DNA of 64,000 nucleotides from Octopus bimaculoides (Eukaryota): NCBI RefSeq assembly GCF_001194135.2, contig NC_068981.1, positions 20,488,989 to 20,552,988 of the forward strand, read 5' to 3'. Shown piece by piece: positions 52,571 to 64,000 of this stretch (position 1 is its first letter; each line of letters starts with the position of its first letter). The notes under the pieces were generated by a model. It saw only the letters and a program-made list of their open reading frames with translations, ran no database searches and was not told where the DNA came from. The position numbers and the translations under genes were made by a program.

Positions 52571-53831
52571 CTAGTGTTAGTGGCATGTAAAAGGCACCCA
52601 TGCCAGTGATATGTAAAAGCACCCACTACACTCTGTGGAGTGGTTGGTGTTAGGAAGGACATGCAGTTGTAGAAACCAAGCCAAAAGAGACTGGGGCATG
52701 GTGCAGCTCTCTGGCTTATCAGTTCCAGTTAAACTATCTAACACATGCCAGCATGGAAAATAGATGCTAAATGATGATGATGATGATATATATATATATA
52801 TATATATATAATACAAAATGGGACAAGAACGCAAAACATCCAGACAGTTAGGTGATACAAGAAAGGGACAACAAAACATCCAGATAGACGATACAAAGAA
52901 AACAAGGACAGGTCATTCAGAGTTTTCTTTCCTCAGTCGAGATCCAGATTATCTTTGCAATTTCTGCTGGTTATTCTTGATATTGCTCCAATCTGGCCAG
53001 CCCCAAGGAAAAACTAAGCTAAGAACATTAGATTCCTTGGAAGAAAGCAGTGAATGTATACAAAAACAAGGACGGAAAAATCGAACAATGCTACACAAAT
53101 ACAATAAAAATAATAACAGGACATAAGAACAGATGTCTTTCGACTAAGGACGAATTAAATTAAGCTGGCGTGTGTAGAAATAAGGCCTTACGGTAGGGAT
53201 ACAAGATTTCGCAGGTACAATATATATAGCTATGGTATATTCTGTTAAGAATGTAGTAGAGTACAGTGTAAAGCTTGTCCACCTTCAGATTTAGTCTGTG
53301 CTATCCAGTAGTAGTACTATACGTACTTCCAGGTTCGTGTTTGTGCATCTGTCATGTGCGAACAGATAATTGAAGAAATTGGAGTCAATAAGAAGGAGTA
53401 TGGTTGAACATTTATTTTTTAAACCGCTACAACTGTTTCCATGCAATGTAGTTCTCCAGGTGTGCAGGTACTTGATTATGCAACTGTTTCCCTGCATTAT
53501 GAGATCTAGTTGTGTTTCCTCAGGTGATATGTAAATATATATAATATATGTGCGTGACTATGTGTGTATGTCTGTTTTTATGTTTAGCTATAATAAATAC
53601 GTTTTTACATTAAACTGAGGGATTACTCTAGAGTACAAGTTTATTCTTAAAGAATATTATTGACAGTGATTTCGAAGTTAAAGCCAGTAAAGACATTGTC
53701 AGACAGATGCCAAACTGTCCAGCCTATGCTGGAATAGGTTGGACAGTTTAACCTCAGCTGACAACCCAAAGGGCTGCAGCAAGCTCTACAAGCAAAAGGA
53801 TTGACAGTTACATACACACAAATATATGCAT

Positions 53832-53864
<33 letters not shown>

Positions 53865-53893
53865 CAGAGAGAGAGAGAGAGAGGGGGGGATAC

Positions 53894-53925
<32 letters not shown>

Positions 53926-54783
53926 ATACATAGACTATTGAAAGTCAGGAGGTATGAGAGGTGAATATATTTAACTACTTGATATTCATAAGATTACAGC
54001 TGTTTCACAGCTTTTATCATAATAATAATAATAATAATTTCAGTATGCATGCTTATATATACATATATATACATATGCAAATGCCATACGTGCATACATA
54101 CAAACATATATACATACATACATATATGTACATATAAATATATATAAAACAGATGTTAAACAATGATGATATATATCATCATCATCATTTAACATCCGTT
54201 ATCCATGCTGACAAGCTGGAAGGCTGCACCAATTCCAGTCTGATATATATGTATGTATGTATGTGTATATATATATATATATATACATATATATNNNNNN
54301 NNNNNNNNNNNNNNNNNNNNNNNNNNNNNNNNNNNNNNNNNNNNNNNNNNNNNNNNNNNNNNNNNNNNNNNNNNNNNNNNNNNNNNNNNNNNNNNNNNNN
54401 NNNNNNNNNNNNNNNNNNNNNNNNNNNNNNNNNNNNNNNNNNNNNNNNNNNNNNNNNNNNNNNNNNNNNNNNNNNNNNNNNNNNNNNNNNNNNNNNNNNN
54501 NNNNNNNNNNNNNNNNNNNNNNNNNNNNNNNNNNNNNNNNNNNNNNNNNNNNNNNNNNNNNNNNNNNNNNNNNNNNNNNNNNNNNNNNNNNNNNNNNNNN
54601 NNNNNNNNNNNNNNNNNNNNNNNNNNNNNNCATGTATGTGTACGTACACACACAAATATATATAAATATTGATTTATCCAATGTTGATTGCTTCCATTAT
54701 GGTTGCATATTGTGATGCACTACATCTACCAATAGTATGATGGATCTCTGAACCCCCAGAAACAGCTGTTGGACTTATAATAC

Positions 54784-54822
54784 CTGATTTCTCTGGCGTT
54801 TAATTTTTTTGTCACTTGTACT
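54784..54822 (-). CDS. Gene D exon 2 (STSDKKIKRQRNQ)
   Basis: Acceptor TTATACAG, donor CAG|GTATTA, phase 0/0, matching exon 1. Confidence 0.6.
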
Positions 54823-55085
54823 CTGTATAAGTTGGATCTATTAATATAAATATTTATATATTTATACTCAAATATTCATCGTCTGGAAGTCTCCACCTTT
54901 TGCTTTCTCTAATTTGTCATGTATGTATATATACATATTTTGTATTCCATACCCAAACTGTTATATTTATATCTAATTTGTATATCTGCATAATTGCCTC
55001 TATATAAACATATACATACACACATACATACGCATATACATACACACATATACATGTATATGTATACATACACACATATACATAC

Positions 55086-55120
<35 letters not shown>

Positions 55121-55246
55121 NNNNNNNNNNNNNNNNNNNNNNNNNNNNNNNNNNNNNNNNNNNNNNNNNNNNNNNNNNNNNNNNNNNNNNNNNNNNNNNN
55201 NNNNNNNNNNNNNNNNNNNNNNNNNNNNNNNNNNNNNNNNNNNNNN

Positions 55247-55307
<61 letters not shown>

Positions 55308-55413
55308 CATGTAGGATTTGTATATAATACAGATCATGATAATGCACAACAGTAATTTAAATCATCAACATTTAGCAATATTAAAAGATACAGCTGAAAG
55401 TCACTTCACTCAC

Positions 55414-55500
55414 CTCGGTCACTGGGGCTGCAGTGATCAAACTGGTCAGAATGGTCAGAAGTAGAACCATTAACAATCTTTGTCCATTTTGGCAAGCCAT
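55414..55500 (-). CDS. Gene D first coding exon: signal peptide (MACQNGQRLLMVLLLTILTSLITA-APVTE)
   Basis: AAAATGG start context, n/h/c signal architecture, consensus donor GAG|GTGAGT (phase 0). Confidence 0.8.
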
Positions 55501-55799
55501 TTTTTGCACTCAGCCTAGCAGGTATACCTGTCTGCTTGGTGTCAATACCTCTGGTAATGTACTAAGTCAATAATTGACTACAAGTTGACAGGTGAGGCGC
55601 TTTCACAAACCTTAATGAAATACTGAAATTATGATCCAGTTGACACTTTATATATACATATATATACATATATACACACACACGCAAACACACATACACG
55701 CATACACACATACACATTCACACACAACAATACACACAATGAGAGGGTAGAGGACGTAGAAGATGTAGAAAGAGTAAAGCGATCAAGAGAGGTAAGAAA

Positions 55800-56160
55800 A
55801 TTAACTGTGTTCACCTAGTTGTTTAAAAACTCTGTTTTATCTCAAGTAACACTCAGTGGTGACGGTAGGAGGGTAGCAACAACAAAAGCTATGGATAGCG
55901 CGGTGACGCCTGTATGAAGTAATGCTTCGTTAATGTGACGATTTTTTACTACGCCTGCCTGTTCATTTAGTTATAGTTTAACTATGTATAACCCCAAATT
56001 ACGATATGGCTCTGTTCCACTGAGTACGCACACGAGGAAGGAAGGTAGTTTTAACATCCCTTCATTTATAAAAATACAGAATAATTTCAAACAGGTGCAA
56101 TTGACTACTAAAGTAACCAGATAACTACAGCTACATGCGACTTACAGGCCAGTGATCGGT
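55800..56160 (-). promoter_or_regulatory. CpG-enriched non-repeat segment upstream of gene D (candidate promoter/first exon)
   Basis: Locally raised CpG density and a possible donor CTAG|GTGAAC near 55815. Inference only. Confidence 0.25.
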
Positions 56161-56549
56161 CAGTATAAACGAGAAGTTTAAGAGACTTGTATCTATATAA
56201 TTTATTTAATCATGAAAAGCAAGCGATTTTCAATTCAACAAAATACTTGAAAATAATCCCTTATTTTAGTTTCGAATTTTGGCACAAGGCCAGCAATTTC
56301 GAGGCAGGGGTTAAGTCGATTACATCGACCTCAGTGCTCAACTGGTACTTATTTGGATAGAATGAAAGGAAAAATAATCACTAATATTAAATTTATGTTA
56401 ATCAACAGAAAAACCGATGCACTGAAGTTTTGCAGTATTGGTAAGAATAGATGGTGACCATGTTGACTACAGGTATATTGGATGGATCTCGGTGAAGGTA
56501 GTACAGAAAATTGTTATAATAGCTACAGGGTGAGCAAAAAGGAAAAAAT

Positions 56550-56585
<36 letters not shown>

Positions 56586-56589
56586 CACA

Positions 56590-56935
56590 GAGGCGCAGGC
56601 GTAGCTGTGTGGTAAGAAACTTGCTTCCCAATCACATGGTTCCGGGTTCAGTCCCACTGCGTAGCACCTTGGACAAGTGTCTTCTCACTACAGCCTTGGA
56701 CTGACCAAAGCCTTGTGAGTGGATTTGGTTGGCGGAAACTGATAGAAACCCGTCGTGTGTGTGTGTGATCGTATGTGTTTATCCCCCACCTCCGCTTGAC
56801 GACCGGTGTCTGTGTATTTACATCCCCGTAACTTAGCGGCTTAGTAAAAGAGCCTGATAGAATAAGTACCAGGTTTTAAAAACAAAGGTGGTGCCCCAGC
56901 ATAGCCGCAGTCTAATGACTGAAACAAATAAAAGA
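56590..56935 (+). mobile_element. CORE-type SINE (family B)
   Basis: Collinear with 4565-4965. Another copy on - at 60620-60980. Confidence 0.85.
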
Positions 56936-56992
56936 TTGTAGGAATAAAACATTTCTAAATCTCTCAGAGAGATTTATGCAGTAGTGATACGA

Positions 56993-57126
56993 TAAAGTAG
57001 TTGAATGCTATCAACTTAATGTGACAAGACTGACAGGAAGCGGTGCTGTTTCCTAGGGCTAAATAGCAGTAGTATTATTCCCTTCATGGGACTGTCACAT
57101 TAAGTTGACAGCATACAACTACTTTA
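56993..57126. mobile_element. 134-bp MITE with 34-bp TIRs
   Basis: TAAAGTAGTTGAATGCTATCAACTTAATGTGACA versus the reverse complement of 57093-57126, 2 mismatches. TA termini. Confidence 0.85.
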
Positions 57127-59629
57127 AGTAAATGATTAAAAATTAAAAAAGACAAAAGATATATGTTAACTTCGATTCATAACGTATTGAGTGTTTTCCA
57201 TTTAACCGAATAGATATTCGTTGAATGCTGTCTAGGTTGGTTATATGTGTAGCTGCAACACCATCATAAGCAGTGCCCCAATATGGATTACATATGAACC
57301 AGTGACGTGGTTAGAGTGTGTGCTACGCAGGGTAGCCCTTGCATTTGCTACCCTCCGCCCTCGGCTTATACAACAGACCCGAAAGTGCCGCCCCTGCAAA
57401 AGCATTGTCCATGGTAGACCGTCCTCTTCGATCCTCCCACCTAGCTATGCAACTGATTTGAACTTTGTATAGGTCACTGACTGGACAGAGTAGAAGTAGT
57501 TTTTAGCCCTGAAAAGAAGGTAACCTTTGAGGAACAGTTTCCGTAATCTTATGTATGTGAGGTCCCAATGAGAGATCATCAGACTGTGAGGTCAATCATT
57601 TGTAGTAATTTCAAGAAAGGAACAAAACACTGAAGTATCGAGACCTGACAGTGAACTTCTCTTCCAGCCTGTGACGTTTGAAACGTTTGGAAGGGCTGGG
57701 CCGTGAAGTTCTTGTTATCGTTGGCAGCTCGCCTTACCGAGGTGTCAGGTGGATGCCTGTGAGAGGGCTTGACTTTTCGAACGCTTTAGCCTTGTCATCC
57801 GCCCGTGGTAATGCTGCGATCATGCTGCCTTGCTTCAGTAGGTTGCGTTGAACCTTGTGGTGTGCGACCATTTGAAGCACATGATGCTGCGTTGATGTTT
57901 TTTCCTTTCTCCCATTTTTTTTTTGTTTATTTTCCTTTTGTAAATTATATTCCTTTTCATATTTTGAATAAAACTTCTTTAGTCGAATGTAATTCATGTG
58001 TACAGAGGACAAGGTACAAGATATTTTTAACAATTTCGTCTTTAAACTGTTGAAAAATAGGTTGGTGGGTTAGATTTTTAAGTGTTTGTTCGTAGAAGTT
58101 GCCTATGTCTCACATGAGGTATCCTGATTTCGTATGGATGATGGTTATGAGGAAGGTTTAAGGAGAATGAAGATTGGTATCATCTGTATAGAAATGTGTA
58201 TGGTTAGTAGTAAATGTCATAGATTATTAACGATCTTTATGCTATTACACTTTGGTACCGCGAACTAATGACGGAACCAGCCTCAACCTACCAGAAATAA
58301 GAGCAAAATTTCTCTTAGATAACATCCAACCGACTTTTAAAAAAAGATGGATTTATTGGATTAATGTGAGGAATAGTCGCAGCTAGCATGCCTGATCATA
58401 AATATCTTCAACCAGGACTAAGGTGGGTTCAAACAACATTCTGGTACCATTTTCTAATTAAACAATTCATTTCCCAGCCACCATCTAATTATTCAAAGGC
58501 AAATGCCGATGAACCAACCGTAAGGAGGGTGGAACTAGTCGGTTCTATTTTCATTCTAATTTGCCTAAAAGGTCCTGTGATCTAAAAATGAGGCCTAGTA
58601 TAGAGAATATCACATCTTTATTTGATGATTACACCATACAGGACGAACGTTTCTATTGTGCCAGCATATTTAGATATGGATAAAGGTACAAAATACCAGT
58701 CAAATCAATATATCCGAAACTTTATGCAACACACACAGAGTATTCGGGTTAAATTTGACAGTTTGCATAAAAGGAGAAGAAAACAATATTCGATCCAAAA
58801 CTGAAAGTACTTCCTTTTTCTATTCTTTTTACACTTCCATCTTTTGCACCCACCTTCCACTCGTCTTTTCTCGTGGTTTCTCTTCATCTGTTATCCTGAT
58901 TTGTAAATTGTAGAGGCCATGTACTCAGAGTCTAAAGATTGCTTGGAGACACTAGACGTGTTATTAAAACCTACCTAGAAAATATCTCCAATGTATGAAA
59001 ACATTTGTAGCTCATAACTACATCCTGTGTCATAAAAAAGATATTTACATCCATTTTTGGACACCACCTCCTTCATCAGGGAAAAGAAATCTCTAAAAAG
59101 GCTCACATGTATTGCGTTTTTCTCTTTTTTATGACTGGACAACCGGATCTCCAGAAACGGCCGTAGGATTAACTGGATTAGTAACACCCAAACTTTTTAT
59201 CTTATAGACTCTTAACTCTTTTCATGACTTCGTTTTATAATTTGTAAGTCGACCTGTATATGTATTTTTTTTTTCAATATATTTTTAATGTATATATTTA
59301 TATATTTTTATATGAATATTTTTAATGTTTTGATTACTCTATATATTTTTATATAGCTACATATTAATATGTTTGATGTATTGAATATACTTTTGGAGAA
59401 ATTAAAGCATGTTGGGTCTAGGGCTGAATACATATAAATGTATACGTGAATTTGACTTGCCTACATTTGATTCTTACTTCTCCATTATTCTAACGCCTCA
59501 GGTTTGAGTATCTGGAGCACTTCAAAGTGAAGTTCATGCATTGGAGAAAATCTTTTTCATTATAATCATATGTGTACACACACACACACACACACACACA
59601 TAACACCTCTAGGTCATGGGGGAGGCAGA

Positions 59630-60262
59630 TTGCTCATGCAGGGACTACAGCAGATGCACAGTGGGAGGCATTGCGAAACCAAAGGAGTCGTCTATGAAGT
59701 TAAGGTGCTAGCCGACCCTAGTAGCAGCAGCAACAGCATCAACAGCTTCCCCGACGACTACTACAGTAGCAGGAATGTCAGTACCAATAGCATCAACAGC
59801 AGCAGAAACACGAACAGAATCAGCAGCAGCACTGTCGCCAATCAACGGCATTGTCCTAAACAGAAATAGCGGCAGAACCATCACAAATGATAACTACAGC
59901 AATGACAGCACTACTCACCATGATAGCACCGACAACATCTCGAAAAACACCAGCGACGATGACCACAACACCAACAACAATGCCACCACCGTTGATGTCT
60001 CGAAAGCCAGTAGTAACAGTACCAACACCATCACCACCCTCAAAGACGCCAATAACAATACGAGCAGCACCAGTACTAACAACAGCGGTAGCAGCAGCGT
60101 CAACCCCAGCAGATACAACATCGCCAACATCCGCACACGGAGATACATCGGATGCTCCGGTAACACGTTCAAGCAACGTTTCTTCAACCACAAATCGTCT
60201 TTCAGGATACTGGAAAGGAGATACGCTATGTCATTAGGCAGATATTTATGGCGTTTGCCAGG
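59630..60262 (+). mobile_element. Penelope GIY-YIG remnant split by a low-complexity insert
   Basis: GRHCETKGVVYEVKV ... RRYIGCSGNTFKQRFFNHKSSF...SLGRYLWRL. Confidence 0.85.
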
Positions 60263-60329
60263 TGGTGTGTGTGTGTGTGTGTGTGTGTGTGCATGTGTAA
60301 GTGTGTATGTTTGTATGTGTGTGTGGATA

Positions 60330-60603
60330 CTCTATAAACGACACATTAACCAACTAGACATTTCCACAAATGCTGTCTGAGGACAATCTGCAGTTATTCT
60401 CTAAAGACAGAGTTTCTAATGCCGACCTGTTTAGCAAGTGTAAGATTGGTGGAATCGAGAGCTTCCTTATCCAATCACAATTGCGCTGGGCTGGCCATGT
60501 CGTCAGAATGAGTGACGAAAGAATACCCAAAGTCCTCATCTACAGCCAGCTTGATAGTGAGAACAGGAATGTTCGTCGACCATGGCTCAGATACAATGAA
60601 TAA
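60330..60603 (+). mobile_element. RTE LINE 3' fragment
   Basis: DRVSNADLF...QLRWAGHVVRMSDERIPKVLIYSQL. Confidence 0.85.
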
Positions 60604-60792
60604 GTCCTTAGAAAGGACTTATTCATTGTAAGCCCAGTACTTATTCCATCGGTCTCTTTTGCCGAACTGCTAAGTTACGGACACGTAAATACACCAACGT
60701 CGGTTGTCAAGCGATGATAGGGGGACTGACGCAGACATACAAACATATAAATACACACACCACACACATATACGCACACACACACACGTACG

Positions 60793-60834
<42 letters not shown>

Positions 60835-61509
60835 CGACGGTCTCCTTTCAGTTTTCGTCTACCAAATCCATTCACAAGGCTTTGGTCGGCCCGAGGCTAT
60901 AGTGAAAGACACTTGCCACGTAGTGGGACTGAACCCGGAACAATGTGGTTGGTAAGCAAGCTACTTACCATGCAGCCACAGTTTATATTTTTAGTTTTTA
61001 CTACCATTATCATTAATATCATTATTTTGTGTTTTATAACTTGTGTAGCCTTGAATCTATGCTACTCGGTAAAAAGAGAATGCTAATTACGCAAGAGCGT
61101 ATAAAACGATGGGAAACTAGACGTGATCTAGAAACGTTATCGAAGCAACCCACAATTGCGGACGTGCCGGTACGTAGCTGCCGTTGTATCATATTTATTC
61201 ATATAATTATTTACAAAACAATTTATGCAATATGGAAAACTCAGTAACTAACAGCTGTTACCACTGCACAGAAACAATAGTTGCGTTTTATAATTAAAGT
61301 CTGTCCTATCTTCCTGGTTTATAAAATTCTCACATATACATATATATAAATATATGCGACGATTTTTACAATTCAGTAAATAATAATAATAATAATATTT
61401 TATACCTTTAAAGCTTATACGCGATCACAGTGTCATGACTAAAAAAAAACACAGTCTAATATTGGAGCATATAAGACCTTGACAGAAAAAAGTAGAGTTT
61501 TTCGTACGC

Positions 61510-61599
61510 ATGGGACTCGAACCCGCAGCTCTTTGTTTGGTAATGGTAACACACTTGTCGCGAAAACAAAGAGCGGTGGGTTCTAATCCCATAGCCGCA
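61510..61599 (+). pseudogene. tRNA-like pseudogene fused to an inverted copy of its own 3' half
   Basis: D-loop AATGGTAACAC, anticodon-like stem CTTGT..ACAAA, T-arm GTGGGTTCTAATCCCA, acceptor-like TAGCCGCA. 61510-38 is the reverse complement of 61564-92 (4 mismatches). Confidence 0.6.
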
Positions 61600-62599
61600 G
61601 TAAAATGGCTAAAACAAATAAAAGACTATATATATNNNNNNNNNNNNNNNNNNNNNNNNNNNNNNNNNNNNNNNNNNNNNNNNNNNNNNNNNNNNNNNNN
61701 NNNNNNNNNNNNNNNNNNNNNNNNNNNNNNNNNNNNNNNNNNNNNNNNNNNNNNNNNNNNNNNNNNNNNNNNNNNNNNNNNNNNNNNNNNNNNNNNNNNN
61801 NNNNNNNNNNNNNNNNNNNNNNNNNNNNNNNNNNNNNNNNNNNNNNNNNNNNNNNNNNNNNNNNNNNNNNNNNNNNNNNNNNNNNNNNNNNNNNNNNNNN
61901 NNNNNNNNNNNNNNNNNNNNNNNNNNNNNNNNNNNNNNNNNNNNNNNNNNNNNNNNNNNNNNNNNNNNNNNNNNNNNNNNNNNNNNNNNNNNNNNNNNNN
62001 NNNNNNNNNNNNNNNNNNNNNNNNNNNNNNNNNNNNNNNNNNNNNNNNNNNNNNNNNNNNNNNNNNNNNNNNNNNNNNNNNNNNNNNNNNNNNNNNNNNN
62101 NNNNNNNNNNNNNNNNNNNNNNNNNNNNNNNNNNNNNNNNNNNNNNNNNNNNNNNNNNNNNNNNNNNNNNNNNNNNNNNNNNNNNNNNNNNNNNNNNNNN
62201 NNNNNNNNNNNNNNNNNNNNNNNNNNNNNNNNNNNNNNNNNNNNNNNNNNNNNNNNNNNNNNNNNNNNNNNNNNNNNNNNNNNNNNNNNNNNNNNNNNNN
62301 NNNNNNNNNNNNNNNNNNNNNNNNNNNNNNNNNNNNNNNNNNNNNNNNNNNNNNNNNNNNNNNNNNNNNNNNNNNNNNNNNNNNNNNNNNNNNNNNNNNN
62401 NNNNNNNNNNNNNNNNNNNNNNNNNNNNNNNNNNNNNNNNNNNNNNNNNNNNNNNNNNNNNNNNNNNNNNNNNNNNNNNNNNNNNNNNNNNNNNNNNNNN
62501 NNNNNNNNNNNNNNNNNNNNNNNNNNNNNNNNNNNNNNNNNNNNNNNNNNNNNNNNNNNNNNNNNNAAACACAAAAAACAATAATAAAAAAACAACAAA

Positions 62600-62830
62600 G
62601 TGAGGACGTGATACGGATAGTGTTATTGGACGCTCGGGAAAGGAAGGAGAGAGAGTATGACGTTTCGGGCGGAGCCCTTCGTCGGAAAGACAGAAAGTTC
62701 GGAGAATGGAAAAACGGAGGAAGAGGAAAATGGCACCGATGCCCACGAGGTTACATTGTGAAAGGACCGAAAGAGGAGGTGATGGGGGCAAAGTTCTTTC
62801 TAAGACAGGACAGTGAAAAGAGAGGTGAAT
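62600..62830 (-). mobile_element. Penelope-like terminal repeat fragment
   Basis: Minus strand CCGACGAAGGGCTCCGCCCGAAACGTC, resembling Penelope 3' tails. Confidence 0.5.
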
Positions 62831-62859
62831 ATCTATGCGTGCGCGAGAGTCTGCGAGTG

Positions 62860-64000
62860 TGTGTGTGATAACAGAACGTGTGTGTGTGTGTGTGTACATG
62901 GTTTGGTGGTTTATCTGTTAGTGTGTATATGTGTTTGTGTGTGTGTGTGTGTGTGACGTAGTGGAAGGAATTAGTAGCAGGAATAGTTAGTGGGTGCTTA
63001 TGGACAATAGTTAGTGGTGGGTTAGCAGGTAGTTTTTGAGTATGTGTGTGTTCGTGTGTGTTTGTGTGGGGTTATAGGTGTTGGGTACGTGTGCGTGTGT
63101 GTGTGTATTTTGTACGTGCGCCTGTGTGTATGTGTATGTTGTGTATATGTGCGTTGCTGTGTACGTGTGTGTGCGTGCGTTTGCTATTGTATGTGCGTGT
63201 GTTGTTTATGCCCATGTGTGTGTGATTGTATGCGTGTCTGTGTGTTGTGTTGGTGAGAAGTGTGTGTGCGTGTGTATGTGAGTGTGTGCGTATTTGTGGG
63301 TATGTGTGTGGATGTGCGTGTGTGTGTGGGATTGCGATGTGTGTGGGGTTGTGAGTGTTAGGTACGGGTGCATGTGTGTGTATGCGCGTGTGTGTTTATG
63401 TGTGTCTGTATGTGTGTGTCCGTGTGCGTGTGTGTGCACGTGTGTGTATATTTTTTGTGCGTGCGTGTCTGCGTATATTGTGTATGTTTTCGTGCATGCG
63501 TGTGTGTTGTGTATGTGAGTGAGTATTGTGTATGTGAGAGGTGTGTGTGTGTGTGTCTGTGTGTGTATAGGGCTGTGTAAGGTGTGTGTCTCTACCACTG
63601 TGCGTGTGTGTATATATGTGCGTTCGTCTATATGTGTGTGTGAGGGCGCGCATGTATGTTTGTCATGTGTGTGGGCGGTATATATGTAAGGTGTGTGGGA
63701 GGTGTGTGTGTTAGGTGTATTGGAGGTATGTGAGGTATGTGTGAATGGAGGTATGTATGGGTTGTCAGGTGTTTGGGAGGTGTGTGAATGGGGGTATATA
63801 TGGGTTATGTGTGCAAGGGTGTGTATGCTTGGGTGTGTGTGTGTGTGTGTATGTTTGCGTGATTGTTAGCGTGTGTGTGTATGCGCAAATGTGCGTGTGT
63901 ATGTGCGTTTGTATAAGTGTGTGGGCGAGTCTGAGCGTGTAAGTGCATGCATATGTGTTGTGTGTGTGTGGTGTGTTGGTGGGTAGGTGTGCTTACATGT
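62860..64000. repeat. Degenerate (TG)n-rich low-complexity array
   Basis: Directly visible. Source of many spurious ORFs. Confidence 0.9.

Noticed and set aside
1-64000. CRISPR arrays, operons, rRNA, intact tRNA genes
   Set aside because: None seen. Tandem repeats lack unique spacers and the DNA is eukaryotic and intron-containing.

Overview
AT-rich, microsatellite-laden, intron-containing animal genomic DNA with several N gaps. The repeat families (three tRNA-derived SINEs, an RTE-tailed repeat ending in (ATG)n, RTE, Penelope, Tc1/mariner, Tigger) look like those of Octopus/coleoid cephalopods (inference). Most ORFs in the supplied track are microsatellite or gap artefacts. Manual splice-site and phase reading suggests up to five multi-exon genes with no recognisable orthologue, most looking secreted or membrane-bound. 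(A) + strand, two-Ig-domain type I membrane protein, last two exons 11834-13085. (B) - strand, about 600 aa, 8 exons 30799->15018, with a 1.3 kb exon carrying a 32-aa acidic, N-glycosylation-rich repeat. (C) - strand, about 165 aa, 40313->37322, whose best model has one in-frame TAG. (D) - strand precursor with a classic signal peptide and KR site, 55500->54784 and onward. (E) + strand Cys-containing protein, 46174-49039. TE fossils include a DD36E Tc1, a Merlin transposase, a mariner, a Tigger, several MITEs with intact TIR/TSD and a near-perfect 198-bp foldback. All gene models are hand-derived and need RNA evidence.
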